A stretch of 63,620 nt of DNA, filler included, from Octopus bimaculoides (Eukaryota): assembly GCF_001194135.2 (NCBI RefSeq). It is 7 parts of 6 records of this genome, joined end to end, with 100 filler letters (N's around TTAATTAATTAA, not from the genome) between each part and the next. Parts side by side here need not be neighbours in the genome. Positions count along the whole stretch, not along the records: positions 42,363 to 52,616 come from NC_069002.1; positions 52,717 to 54,961 come from NW_026392478.1; positions 55,062 to 57,086 come from NC_068990.1; positions 57,187 to 59,333 come from NC_068993.1; positions 59,434 to 63,620 come from NC_068982.1; 2 more parts are not named here. One strand, 5' to 3'. Positions 52,570 through 63,620 of the stretch are shown in pieces. Position 1 is the stretch's first letter. The number at the start of each line of letters is the position of its first letter. The translations under genes were made by a program, and so were the position numbers. The notes beneath the pieces were generated by a model. The model saw only the letters and a program-made list of their open reading frames with translations, made no database searches and was not told the DNA's origin.

Positions 52570-53415
52570 ATATACATATATATATAATTGTATATATGTA
52601 TATATATATATATATANNNNNNNNNNNNNNNNNNNNNNNNNNNNNNNNNNNNNNNNNNNNTTAATTAATTAANNNNNNNNNNNNNNNNNNNNNNNNNNNN
52701 NNNNNNNNNNNNNNNNCTATCGAAAATCAATTCTATTCAAAAATATAGCTAATCTTCAGGTCAAGAAACAACAATAATAATAATAAAAGAATGTATATAT
52801 CAACCAATGATAAATGAATGTATATAAAATACTTATTATATTAAGATAGAAAAATATTATTAAAAATATCAAAATTATAAACGTTCTCTAATTAATTTTA
52901 CGTTTATTATAATATAAGCTAACAGGAATATTATATTCAAAAACTAATTTTAATGAATCTTTCGTTTAAAATACAATTTGAACGAAGTTTTAGGTTAAAA
53001 TAATAAAGATAGAAGTTGCACATATCTAAACGATGTTATTGTTTAAACTAAAAGATTTTAGATTAAAACGTTTATTTGAAAGAAGTCTCGTGAAAATATT
53101 GCGTAAAGAAAAAGAATACAGTAAATAAATATAAAAACATGAATGAAAATTTTATTATGAATGAAAGATTAAACTTTATATAACTTAAATCATAATAAAA
53201 CAATTAACTTATATTGTATAATCAAAGAAATTAAATAAAATAAAATGACTAGTTATTTATCCCATAAAATAAAAAGAAATATTAAACAGTATAAAATGGC
53301 TTCCACTTGTAATTAATATAGACTGCTTTATTTTTTAGAGTGTGCTTCTCCGGATTTAGGCGTTTCTAANNNNNNNNNNATATATATATATATATATATA
53401 TATGTATATGTATTA

Positions 53416-54229
53416 CACGGAAAAATGCGAGCAAGAGAAATAATATTCTTAAGATTACAAAACCTGGAAAATCACAGGACTAATTATTACACTTGGAAAA
53501 GTTCAGGACAACTTATTACATTTGGTGCCTTGCAGCTAAGGATAAAATTTCAAATAAAATATTTAGATTTAGAAAATATTAGCTTTTATTAAAACTAAAA
53601 ATTTTATTTCAAGTTATTACTTCTATTTGTTATTACTTTTAACTCCTATTAAAAATTAAAATAACTCAATCAAAATAATTTTTGCACTTTAAAATAATTC
53701 ATTTTTAAAATTATTAATTAATAATAAGAAATTTGAAAATAGGTTATAAAAATAATGGTAGTACATAATTAGTTAGTACAATAAATAGAATAATACAAAC
53801 ATTAGCTATATATTACAGTAACATCTACCTATAACCACAAATTCACAATAAAATTTACTTGGGTTATTGCCCAAGTTATTGCCAAGACTTCACATTTTTA
53901 GTCTTGACCCAATGCCTATTCTTTACATAATGAATTTGCCTACCATATTCTACTTAGCATAAAACTTTGGTTATATTGGTACTTCTGGCTCTCATTTTTT
54001 AAGTATTCTAGTGTGTCAGTATTTTAACAGTGTTACTTTGTAAATTAAAATCGAATAAGTTTTAATATTCAAATTTTATCATTAGCTGCAATAGTTTAAG
54101 TAAAATTTTTCTTGTTCTGTACTTTACCAGATTTCCCAAACTTTTCCAAATGTAATAACTTGTCCTTTAATTTTATAATCAGGTTTATAATCTTAAGAAT
54201 ATTATTTCTCTTGCTCGAATTTTTCTATG
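53416..54229. mobile_element. 814-bp non-autonomous DNA transposon with ~90-bp TIRs (CAC-type termini)
   Basis: Left CACGGAAAAATGCGAGCAAGAGAAATAATATTCTTAAGATTACAAAACCTG..AGGAC.A.TTATTACA.TTGGAAAAGTT. Right reverse complement CATAGAAAAATTCGAGCAAGAGAAATAATATTCTTAAGATTATAAACCTG..AGGACAAGTTATTACATTTGGAAAAGTT. Confidence 0.85.
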
Positions 54230-54769
54230 CAATTCATGTTTTTCCCAGGCTATGCTAGGATCTTAATAATGCGTCAAGTGTGTCAATTAGCAGTGTCATT
54301 GATAAATTTTCCTTACCTCAATGACACCGGTGACATATATTAAAAGTCCCCTTATAGAACTATATTCATAAAAAGGTATAGATCTATATTGTCACCATCA
54401 AATTTGAGAAACAAACACTCATAAACTTTTCTTTTAAAACTTCATTGCATGAAATTGATACCATGAACTTCCGCAAATTGAGCTCTATCATTTAAGCTTA
54501 ATTAAAATATAGTTTGTTTTTAAAGTAAAAAAGTTAATTATACTTAAATCCAATGTTTTGCCTTACTTATATATTTTTCATGATATTTTACCTCACAACT
54601 TTTTTGAGAAAAGGAGAGAGGTGTGCTGAAATCGGAGAATTATTACAAATCTTGCAACAGAGTTAACTCCGTTAAAAGCACAGAAAGGGGTGGTGGTAGA
54701 CAAATGAAAACAGACATACATGTACATATACACATAATCATACACATACACACATACATCTGTGTGATT

Positions 54770-54915
54770 AGAAGTTTGCTCCCCAACGACGTGGTTTCGG
54801 GTTCAGTACCACAGCGTGGCACCTTGCACAAGTTTCTTCTGCAATAGCCTCGAGACAATCAAGGCTTTGTGAGTAGATTTAGTTGATAGAAACTGAAAGA
54901 AGCCAGTAGCCTGTT
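54770..54915 (+). mobile_element. tRNA-derived SINE 5' half (same family as 31295)
   Basis: AAGTTTGCTCCCCAACGACGTGGTTTCGGGTTCAGTACCACAGCGTGGCACCTTGCACAAG..GAAACTGAAAGAAGCC. Confidence 0.8.
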
Positions 54916-54924
54916 GTGTGTGAG

Positions 54925-54961
<37 letters not shown>

Positions 54962-55061
54962 NNNNNNNNNNNNNNNNNNNNNNNNNNNNNNNNNNNNNNN
55001 NNNNNTTAATTAATTAANNNNNNNNNNNNNNNNNNNNNNNNNNNNNNNNNNNNNNNNNNNN

Positions 55062-55376
55062 TGCCTACGACAGTTACGTGAAGAATAACGAGTTTGTCAC
55101 CACAGTTCAGCGTAAGTTTCGGTGTCACTTCAGCATTCACCAAAATCAGGCTATTCCCACCCGTAACACAATCTTACGTTGGGTGAATACACTTCGTACA
55201 CGAGGTACACTAATGAATAGGATATCAGTGGGGGGGCCACGAACGGTGCGGACCCTGGAACATGTGGAACGCGTCAGACAAGTTTTGATACGGAGTCGGA
55301 ATCGCTCTGCTCTGAGGTATTCCAGTGAACTTGGCACCGGTAAACGATCGGTAAGGTGTATTTTGCTTGAAGACCT
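55062..55376 (+). mobile_element. Tc1/mariner N-terminal HTH fragment (DUF4817-type)
   Basis: FVTTVQRKFRCHF...IPTRNTILRWVNTLRTRGTL..ISVGGPRTVRTLEHVERVRQVLIRSRNRSALRYSSELGTGKRSVRCILLEDL; truncated by (CT)n. Confidence 0.85.
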
Positions 55377-55921
55377 CTCTCTCTCTCTCTCTCTCTTTCG
55401 CTCTTTCTGTCTCTCTCTCTTTCTTTCTCTCCCTCACCTCTCTATTCCCTGCTTATTCCTCTCGCTTTTACATGTACAAATACAGGCATACGCATACATG
55501 AAAACATGTCATTGCACCCGACCGAGTTGGTGTCTTCTGACCGTGTTTCTAGTGATGAAGAGGAGGAAAAAAGGGGGGAAAAAGCATAAAAAATCAAATG
55601 GAAAAGAAACAAAATACAAGACCTGTTATTTATTGTATGAATTGGGATATAACGAAAATGTTGGAATGCTGGACTGTTTGTCATAAACTTTCACATTCTA
55701 AGATGAAATCTTGTAAGTGGCATCTATACCTTTGTTTCCTCCAGGGTCGATAAAGTAAGTACAAGGCAAGCACTGTTAATATATACTCTATCCACAAACC
55801 ATCCCAGAAAAGATGTCCAAAGCTTGTGTAATGCTATAAACTTCACAATAATTTTATTGTTGTCTGTTTAATGATATTTTTTATTCTATATTTAAACGTG
55901 TGAGCATGAGTATGTGCGTAT

Positions 55922-55954
<33 letters not shown>

Positions 55955-56450
55955 GTATGTCTATGGTTATATTTCAATCATGGGATATGCCACAGAGTAT
56001 CCTATGACATTTTATACCATGGACATACGACATATAGATAAGTTGATTTTCATACCTAAAACGAAATGGGATATATGATATGACTGACATTTCTGTTATG
56101 AGATATTGTCACGACATCCCCGCGAGTTATTATATACTTGGATATCGCAATATGAAGTGGTATTTTATGAAGTATGGTATTGAATGTCATCACAAAGTAT
56201 ATCATTAGCAGATTTTTATTGCGAGTAGCATCTGTTTTCTTGTCTCTTTAGTTTTCAATCTTATTGTAATTGGAACATTATATAAACCGGTTTCTGTGAC
56301 TGTAACCCCACTTAAACGAGTGTATGTGTATTCACAGACGCATACACACACATACATAAAAACACAGATTATATATCTATATGAATATATATATTTATAT
56401 ATATATGTGTGTGTGTGTATATATATATGTACGTATGTATATATATATAC

Positions 56451-56500
<50 letters not shown>

Positions 56501-56535
56501 ATGTATGTATGTATGTATGTATATATGTCATTCTT

Positions 56536-56775
56536 TGGTGTAAAGGTTAGAAGGTCTATCAAGTTTACAGATGTAGGTTCGAGTCCCCTTGACAGCCCTC
56601 GATTTCCTCATACAGGCGCTAACATGGCTGCGTCGTTAGGAGTCTTATTTTGCAACCACGTGGTTTCAGGTTCAGTCTGTTCAATTTATTGACCCTTTAA
56701 ATATGTTCTACCCCCTTTACTATAGCTCCGTTCTAGCCAGCACCTTAGAAGAAAATTTTGTAGACGGAAATTATT
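56536..56775 (+). mobile_element. Two adjacent tRNA-derived SINE heads
   Basis: TGGTGTAAAGG (A-box) ... GGTTCGAGTCC (B-box) at ~56537-56587, then a decayed head of the 31295 family (CAACCACGTGGTTTCAGGTTCAGTC..TGTAGACGGAAA). Confidence 0.6.
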
Positions 56776-56790
56776 TGACCTCTATTCATC

Positions 56791-57086
56791 TGCCCGAGAT
56801 GCGGTCAGAGCGACGAAACCTTTCTGCACTCACTCGTGCAGTGTCCAAAGATTTCCGACCTGTGGGCTTATGCCGAACGGCTGCTGTCACGTGTGGGACG
56901 AGTCCGCCTGTCAGCCGAGTCTATTGTGCAAATTGCCCCGCCACCGTCCCTCAACAGGGAAGGCAAGGCAGTGTTCAACATACTGGTGGCCATGGTGAAA
57001 GAATGTGTGTGGTGGACCCGAGCGAAAGGATTAGAGACGAAAACTTACCTCTCTGGCCAATCGCTCATCAACTTTTTCAAGTATCA
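56791..57086 (+). mobile_element. L1/Tx1-clade LINE ORF2 C-terminal zinc-knuckle region
   Basis: CPRCGQSDET..H.LVQCPKISDLWAYAERLLSRVGR..LVAMVKECVWWTR (one frameshift near 56820); CCHC knuckle followed by the usual W and ..K..IW.AR features. Confidence 0.8.
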
Positions 57087-57603
57087 NNNNNNNNNNNNNN
57101 NNNNNNNNNNNNNNNNNNNNNNNNNNNNNNTTAATTAATTAANNNNNNNNNNNNNNNNNNNNNNNNNNNNNNNNNNNNNNNNNNNNTAAGCATTTTACTT
57201 GGCGTGCTTACAATTCTACCAGCTTGCTGCCTTAATAACAACACAAGAGAAAACTAGTTACTTACTGTATGGATATATATATATATATATATATATTTCT
57301 ATACACATAAATACTTATACATTAACACATGCACACACACATACACATACACATACATATGTATATACATCAATATATGCAGTAATATACACACGTGCAA
57401 CCAATTGCACACACGTACAATAGTGCAACTGCACACTTTTGAAAAAACAAACAATCATACAAAATGATGATACAATTTTTATATTTATGTTTGAATTAGC
57501 ATATACTCACACAATTATGTCCATACTTGCATACACACGTATATATACACACACATATATATACATATATATATATGTATTTATGTATGTATTTATCTAT
57601 CTA

Positions 57604-57676
<73 letters not shown>

Positions 57677-58084
57677 TATATATATATATATATCTGTATA
57701 TCTACATATGTATAAATATATATTCACAAAAATGTATATATATATAAATATATAAATAAATATATATGCATACACACACACACACACATTATGTATATAT
57801 ATATAGAGAGAGGAAACACATGTATATACTATATATACTTAAGCACAAAAAATATCAAACAGACATGTCAATATTATATCCTTACACATCTACATGCCTG
57901 CATTGTGCCCACAAATTTTACACTACAAGTATAAACGCATTACTTTTTAACCATAAACGTAAGTAATGTATTCTTTCTCTCTCATACTGCAACCCCCCCC
58001 CCCACAAAAAAAAACACAAATGGAAATAAATACAAAGTACAAGTTGTGTGTGTAAGAAGTGCAATGTTGCATTGTAGCTAGGCA

Positions 58085-58200
58085 TGGACATTAAGTATGG
58101 AAGGTCATCGGAGGCTAGAGAAAAATATGGTGACTCTGATGTATTGAATGCATGAAGTTAACCTAGATGGAAATGTGAGAACATGCCTGGTTGGGCATCA
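58085..58200 (+). mobile_element. Short RTE 3' fragment
   Basis: WTLSMEGHRRLEKNMVTLMY*MH parallels W..T.EDMQRLERNEASML.WMC seen at 62560-62630. Confidence 0.5.
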
Positions 58201-59433
58201 AATATGGTTATTACCAAACAGATCTGTGATACTTATGTGTTTTGAACAAACATGGTCTGTATGGATAGTACCAGAAACCGTTTATGAAGACACAATATTT
58301 TTCTATTCAAATTTTGCTTTTTCCATCTTGGTGTTCTGTAATTTTGCTGTTTTTAAAATAGATACCAGTAATAGTCTTTGGCTTATTGGTTGAATTATAA
58401 GAACCTCTGGTAAATAGTGTTACCTGTTGTCATTAATTAATTTCATGAGAAAAATAATATGCAACAAATAAAAAATATTCAGAAAATTAGTTTTTGAATT
58501 AAAACTAATAAAAAATAATTTCTTTCTACCTCTTTGCATTCTGAGTTCAAATCCTGCTGAACTCAGTTTTTTTTTAAAATTCTTTCAGGGTCAATAAATA
58601 AAATACATGCAAATAGCAGGGGAAATGACAGGTTTGTTACAGCCCTGAAAGTGGTACCTTGTGGTATTTTCCTACCTCTCTGTATTCTGAATTGAAATCC
58701 TACTTTACTCTACTAGCTGCCATAGATACTATTAAAACAATCCATGGTATTGAACCTCCAGGGAAAAGACGATATCTGGTCATGTTGAATTCCCTTGTGG
58801 ACACCGACCCAGCTCTCTTCTCCGCCACCTGAAGTGTTTGCCTAATTGTTATTTTGATCAAACATATTTACGATCAAACATATTCAAACCTTATTCATCC
58901 TGAGTTATTTTCTATAGTGTACTGTTTACCTTGGAGTACATCAGGGGCGTGCACTCTCAGGCATGCAAAGTATGCGTTGTATGCTCTGAGATTTCATATC
59001 CATATCATCGGAAAATTCGATAAAAAAGGTTTCTTTTGTTTCAAAGAAACTCCGTCCGGGTGTTTTCGAAATATTCTGCCTCCCCTTCCCCCTCTCTCTC
59101 AGTGACTCGTTCGTCTACTTTGAGAAGACCACCTGACACCCCTCCCCCTCTCTCTCTCTCTCTTCTGTTAGTGTACAATTGTTGCTAACCCCATTCCACT
59201 TTCTGACCCGAACCAGAGCAATCCCATAATTCCTGTGTTAGCCAGACGAAATGTCGGAACAACCTGGTGGCAAGTTTGAATTTTCATTTTTATCCAAAGC
59301 ATCTGTTTGCACTATTATATTTTTGGAGTGTTCNNNNNNNNNNNNNNNNNNNNNNNNNNNNNNNNNNNNNNNNNNNNTTAATTAATTAANNNNNNNNNNN
59401 NNNNNNNNNNNNNNNNNNNNNNNNNNNNNNNNN

Positions 59434-59753
59434 CAAGATTAATGAACACGTGACAACTTGCTGGGGCAGCCTGCTGGAGCCTAGCAGCAGGTATAAAAAG
59501 GGGAATTTGACATGACAGTCAGTCGGACGCTGACACTCGATGCTGCATCAAAGAGGCCAGGGAATAGAAGAAAGAAGACATGCACCCAATACCAGAGCTG
59601 AAGACACCTCCGAAAGGGGGGCCCCGCCACGTCAAAATGGTAGAGGAGTAAGGGCCGAAACCGGACGTGGTTTCTCCTGATGATGTCTTGAGCTAACTGG
59701 ATCCTATAAAGGAGCTGTTGTGGTAGCAGACCACGAAACATGGTTGAAATTCC
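59434..59753 (+). mobile_element. GC-rich terminal-repeat-like segment (Penelope pLTR or LTR) with TATA box and hammerhead-like motif
   Basis: TATAAAA at 59492; CTGATGA (59677) ... GAAAC-ATG-GT-T (59735-59745); several hairpins. Identity inferred. Confidence 0.4.
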
Positions 59754-59756
59754 TCA

Positions 59757-59885
59757 GGTGTAAAAATATATTTACCCAAACATATATCCTTCATCAGCAC
59801 AATTTTTATTAGCATTCTCGGATTTATAATTTTGAAAAATTCTGCTGATGAAGGATATACGTTTGGGTAAATATATTTTTACACC
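59757..59885. mobile_element. 129-bp hairpin MITE, 51-bp TIRs, 3-bp TSD TCA (PIF/Harbinger-like)
   Basis: TCA|GGTGTAAAAATATATTTACCCAAACATATATCCTTCATCAGCACAATTTTT ... AAAAATTCTGCTGATGAAGGATATACGTTTGGGTAAATATATTTTTACACC|TCA; 49/51 identity between arms. Confidence 0.85.
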
Positions 59886-59888
59886 TCA

Positions 59889-60532
59889 TTCATCTTTGGT
59901 TGCTGTTTTGGAGGATCGTTACGCAAACTCCGAGATCTTTTTCACACTACATTTTCTATATATACTGGTCTAAACAATTCTTTTCTGAGAGTTTGTGAGG
60001 GACTCATACATTAAAGTGAGAAATGTATCCTAGCTTCACTAGGTGTCCATGAGCTGTACTTCTAGAAACTTCGAACTCCTCTGCAAGTTCTCTAGTTATG
60101 ACATTTGAGTTTCCTTCGGTTTTTGCCTTCAAAACATCATCCAATTTTGAAGGTCTTCCACTGCAACTGCCATCTTCCAAGCTAAACTGTTCAGCTTTAA
60201 ATTTTGCAAACCACTTTCGAACAATTGATTCACCTGCAGCATCATCACCATAAACTTCACAAATGCTTTTGCAAGTCTTTGCAGCATTTTCTCCTTTTTT
60301 TAAAAAAAGGAAAGCATTACAACGCGAATATGAAATTTTTTTTTATCCACTTCAAATGTCAATAAAGGGTAACCAGAATGAAAGATAAATCTATTTTTAG
60401 TCAGGAACAAAGAAGTGATGCACTACCACTTCAAGCAATGCCAAAGTTTTTACTGTGTTACGTTTCAGGTGTGTTCAATGAAGCATTAAAAGATTTAGCT
60501 CAAAAATGCTCAGAACTTTCTGGACAACCTAA
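59889..60532 (-). mobile_element. Decayed mariner (DD34D-type), 5' half
   Basis: TIR TA|TTAGGTTGTCCAGAAAGTTCTGAGC; FFKKGENAAKTCKSICEVYGDDAAGESIVRKWFAKFK..SLEDGSCSGRPS..TRELAEEFEVS..HLVKLG..VPHKLSEKN. Confidence 0.9.
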
Positions 60533-61089
60533 TACATACATATATATATATATATAACAATAGACAGAAATAATGGGTTATATCCACTTATTCATTTATT
60601 ATAGGCTTACAGCCCTTTCAGGGATGTATTTGGTTGCATTCATGGTTCAATCTTATAAATAGATCAATTGATCAACTGAAAAATATAGGGAGACAATATC
60701 CCAAACTATTTTCTTCAGAACCAAAACAAACCAATTACCAAAGAAAAAGAAACGGAAAAAGAAAATAGGATCAAATTTGGTCAATGTGGCATTTCTATAG
60801 AGCTAGGTCATCTATTTTAAGCCATCAACCTAAAACCATTTTTGGCTCTTACCATGAGTGAATAGTATTTACATCCAATAAAGAAATTTGATACTCTATT
60901 ATTTTCTTATGGTCAGTGGCAGATTGTTGGCATTAACTACTATATTTTGAAAAATATTATCAAGGGGAAGTATTTGCAAATATATAAACCAAAAGGCAAC
61001 TAGAGTACTACTAATCATTTTAGACCTGAAATATGAAAACCCAAAGAAAATTTTAAGTATGTCAGTTGCAACTCAAAATCATAATTGTA

Positions 61090-62635
61090 TTATAAACAAA
61101 GAAGTTTGTCAATGTTTTGTAGTGTGAGGATCAACAGCTTGAGGTGTTTCAGTTTGCAAGACAGTATGTCAAGGAAAATTGAGATGTTGTTGGTGAGAAG
61201 TGTGTTCACATGGATGATAGCTCACTTGCAGTTAGTAACTCTGCAAAGAACGAGGCTTGGAAGTGCCACTATGGGAGGCTGCTAAGTGTAGAGAATACAA
61301 GAGAGAAGGAGATCCTACCTAATGTGGACCCAATAGAGGTACCAGCCATCTGAATAGACAGTAGCTTGGTAGATAAAGCTATGAAGGATATGGAGACAAG
61401 GAAAGCCCCCAGCCCATCAGGAATCACCACTGAAATGGGATACAGTCTAGTCATCCGCATAGTTAATCAAGTTATCCAGGAGGGAGTCATACCAAATTAC
61501 TGGTGTGGCAGCATTATAGTCATCTGCTACAATGGTAAAAGAGAAATAATTGTAGAGGTATCAAATTGCTGGACCAACTGATGAAAGTTACTGAGAGGGT
61601 CATAGCTCAACTAATCAGGAAGGGAGTTAGTCTAGATGAGATGCAGTTTGGTTTCGTGCCAGGAAGAAGCATTATTGATGTTATCTTCCTGCTTAGGCAA
61701 CTGCAGGCAAAATACTTAGCCAAAAATAAACCTCTTACCTGGCTTTTGTTGATATAGAAAGAAGCCTTTGACAGGGTCCACTACTCCTTTATCTGGTGGT
61801 CAATGTTGAAGCTAGGGATAAATGAGTGGTTGATGAGAGCTGTACAAACCATCTGCAGGGAAGCTGTTAGTAAGGTAAAGGTTGGCAGCAAGTATAGCAG
61901 TGAATTCAGCATACGTGTAGGAGTTCACCTGTTGTTCATCATAGTCCTCCAAGCCATAACAGGAATTTAGGACTGGCTGCCCTTGGCAGCTTCTCTGTGC
62001 TAATGACCTTGTAGTTATAGTTGAATCACTACCAGAACCAAACAAGAAATTTCAGGTTTGGAAGCAAAGTCTAGAATCAAAGGACCTTAGAGTTAATATG
62101 GCTAAGACCAAAGTCCTAGTAAGCAGGGAAATAGACAAATCACTGATCCCTTCAGGGAGATGGCCCTGCTTAATATGTAGAAAAGAAGTTGGTAGAAACT
62201 CCATATGGTGGACACATAGTAAGTACAGCAGTATTTGAGGAAGGTTAATAGAAAAAGTAGTCTTTGTAAGTGCAGATGTAAAGGTAAAATAGACACTAGG
62301 AATATACAGAAAATAGACCCTGTCAAATGCCTGGGAAAATCTTTAGATGTAATAATAGACAGTTTCTGTTACCTAGGTGACCAAGTCAATAGTGGAGGAA
62401 GATGCTCTGAGAGGGTAGCTGCTAGAATAAGAATGGGCTGGGCGAAGTTCAGAGAGCTACTACCTCTGTTTGGCAACAAAGGACCTCTCCTTCAGAGTGA
62501 AAGGCAGATTGTATAATGCCTGTGTGTAAACAGCCATGTTGCATGGCAGTGAAACATAGATTCTTACTATAGAGGACATGCAAAGGCTTGAAAGAAATGA
62601 AGCTAGCATGCTCTGCTGGATGTGCATGTATGACT
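61090..62635 (+). mobile_element. Decayed RTE-clade LINE, RT domain
   Basis: KAPSPSGITTEM, RGIKLLDQLMKVTERVIAQLIR..LDEMQFGFVPGRS..D.IFLLRQLQ, LAFVD.E.AFDRV, LLCANDLV (degraded YADD), FCYLGD and MQRLERNEASMLCWMC, across frameshifts. Confidence 0.92.
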
Positions 62636-63588
62636 GTTCCAGTATATGTAGGGGAAAATGTGGACAGGGAGGCAATTCCAAAGAGAGCTTGTTCTGAAGA
62701 AGTAAGATTAGATAACATATTTAGTATGACAACTCATTTTAATCAAGTAGAGAAATAAAATCTTGGCTATTTTCTAACACTTTTTAAGTGTGGACTCAAG
62801 TAAGTTGACAGACACTGAAAATTTCTGTGTTGATTCTTTTTCATCTCTTGCATTATATTTAAACATGTTTTACTCTCTTCCATAAGAAAAAAAAAAGTTG
62901 ATGTCATTTGGTTTTGCTCTCACATGTACTGCAATTGTTAAGCTATAAAGTATGGGTAAATTTTCTTCTTAAGAATTAAATCTGAATATATTTAGTTTTG
63001 GCCTCTATTTCTACTTCCAGAAAATTGTTGAATCATAGGTAGGGTTATTTTTTGATCTTATTTTTTATCTTGTCATGTAATATACATTGTCTGATGCTAC
63101 GGGTTTCTTTTCAACTAGACTTGCTGGCTTTATGTAATATTATCCTCAAATAGTGAATCTGGAATCTTATAACTTATCTTTTGTCAACTGGAGACCTTTG
63201 GCCTTTAATCTTCAACCATCTTAAATCTTTCGCAGACATTATATTCACTGACCAACTTTTAAAATGGAGTTTTATTTCATGGTCACACANNNNNNNNNNA
63301 TTTTTTTTTTTTTTTTTGTAAAGCTTTCTTGTGTCTTTCAAAGCATTTTAATCTCAGTTAACCAATAAGCTTTTGAAATTGTAAGCATTCTTTCTGATTT
63401 GGAAGTTTTTCTGCAAATCTTCAACAGATTCACAATGAAAACTAATGTATCAGTACATATAAGTTCCTATGACATCCAATGTTATTTGCTTCATAAATAC
63501 AAAAATATCTTTTTTGATTCTCAGTTAAAACTTTGAATTTTTACTATACAATCATTCTATACATAACACATACATATAGACTTCTCCA

Positions 63589-63620
<32 letters not shown>

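Noticed and set aside
52717-53370. Very AT-rich block that looked like a NUMT
   Set aside because: No recognisable mitochondrial rRNA, tRNA or protein motif by eye; AT-richness alone is insufficient.
56536-56600. tRNA gene candidate (A- and B-box)
   Set aside because: No complete cloverleaf or acceptor stem and no T-run terminator; better explained as a SINE head.
31923-59389. Six identical TTAATTAATTAA palindromes embedded in N runs
   Set aside because: Always centred in ~100-bp gaps, with stops in all six frames: a scaffolding spacer, not biology.

Overview
Eukaryotic nuclear scaffold, most likely a coleoid cephalopod such as Octopus. This is inferred from the SINE families and the extreme (TA)n/(CA)n/(TATC)n/(AAT)n density. 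About 10% of the window is N gap, and six gaps carry an artificial TTAATTAATTAA spacer. Most ORFs in the supplied track are microsatellite, N or antisense-to-transposon artefacts. The window is mostly a graveyard of decayed mobile elements: Tc1/mariner (Tc1, mariner, maT and DUF4817 types), CR1, RTE, L1/Tx1 and R4/Dong-like LINEs, Penelope-like elements, tRNA-derived SINEs and several TIR/hairpin MITEs. Hidden among them are five short plus-strand exons (4098-4170, 6623-6724, 7285-7365, 18599-18660, 23188-23272) with strong splice signals. They join in compatible phases into one stop-free 134-codon frame that I cannot assign to a known family. Other highlights: hammerhead-ribozyme-like motifs in Penelope terminal repeats with a shared variant core, a long-stem hammerhead-like motif near 59.7 kb, a 39-bp/13-aa degenerate repeat, an ~860-bp 14-mer minisatellite, and several hairpin transposons. 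All calls are by eye, without database searches. Element boundaries are approximate unless TIR/TSD coordinates are given.
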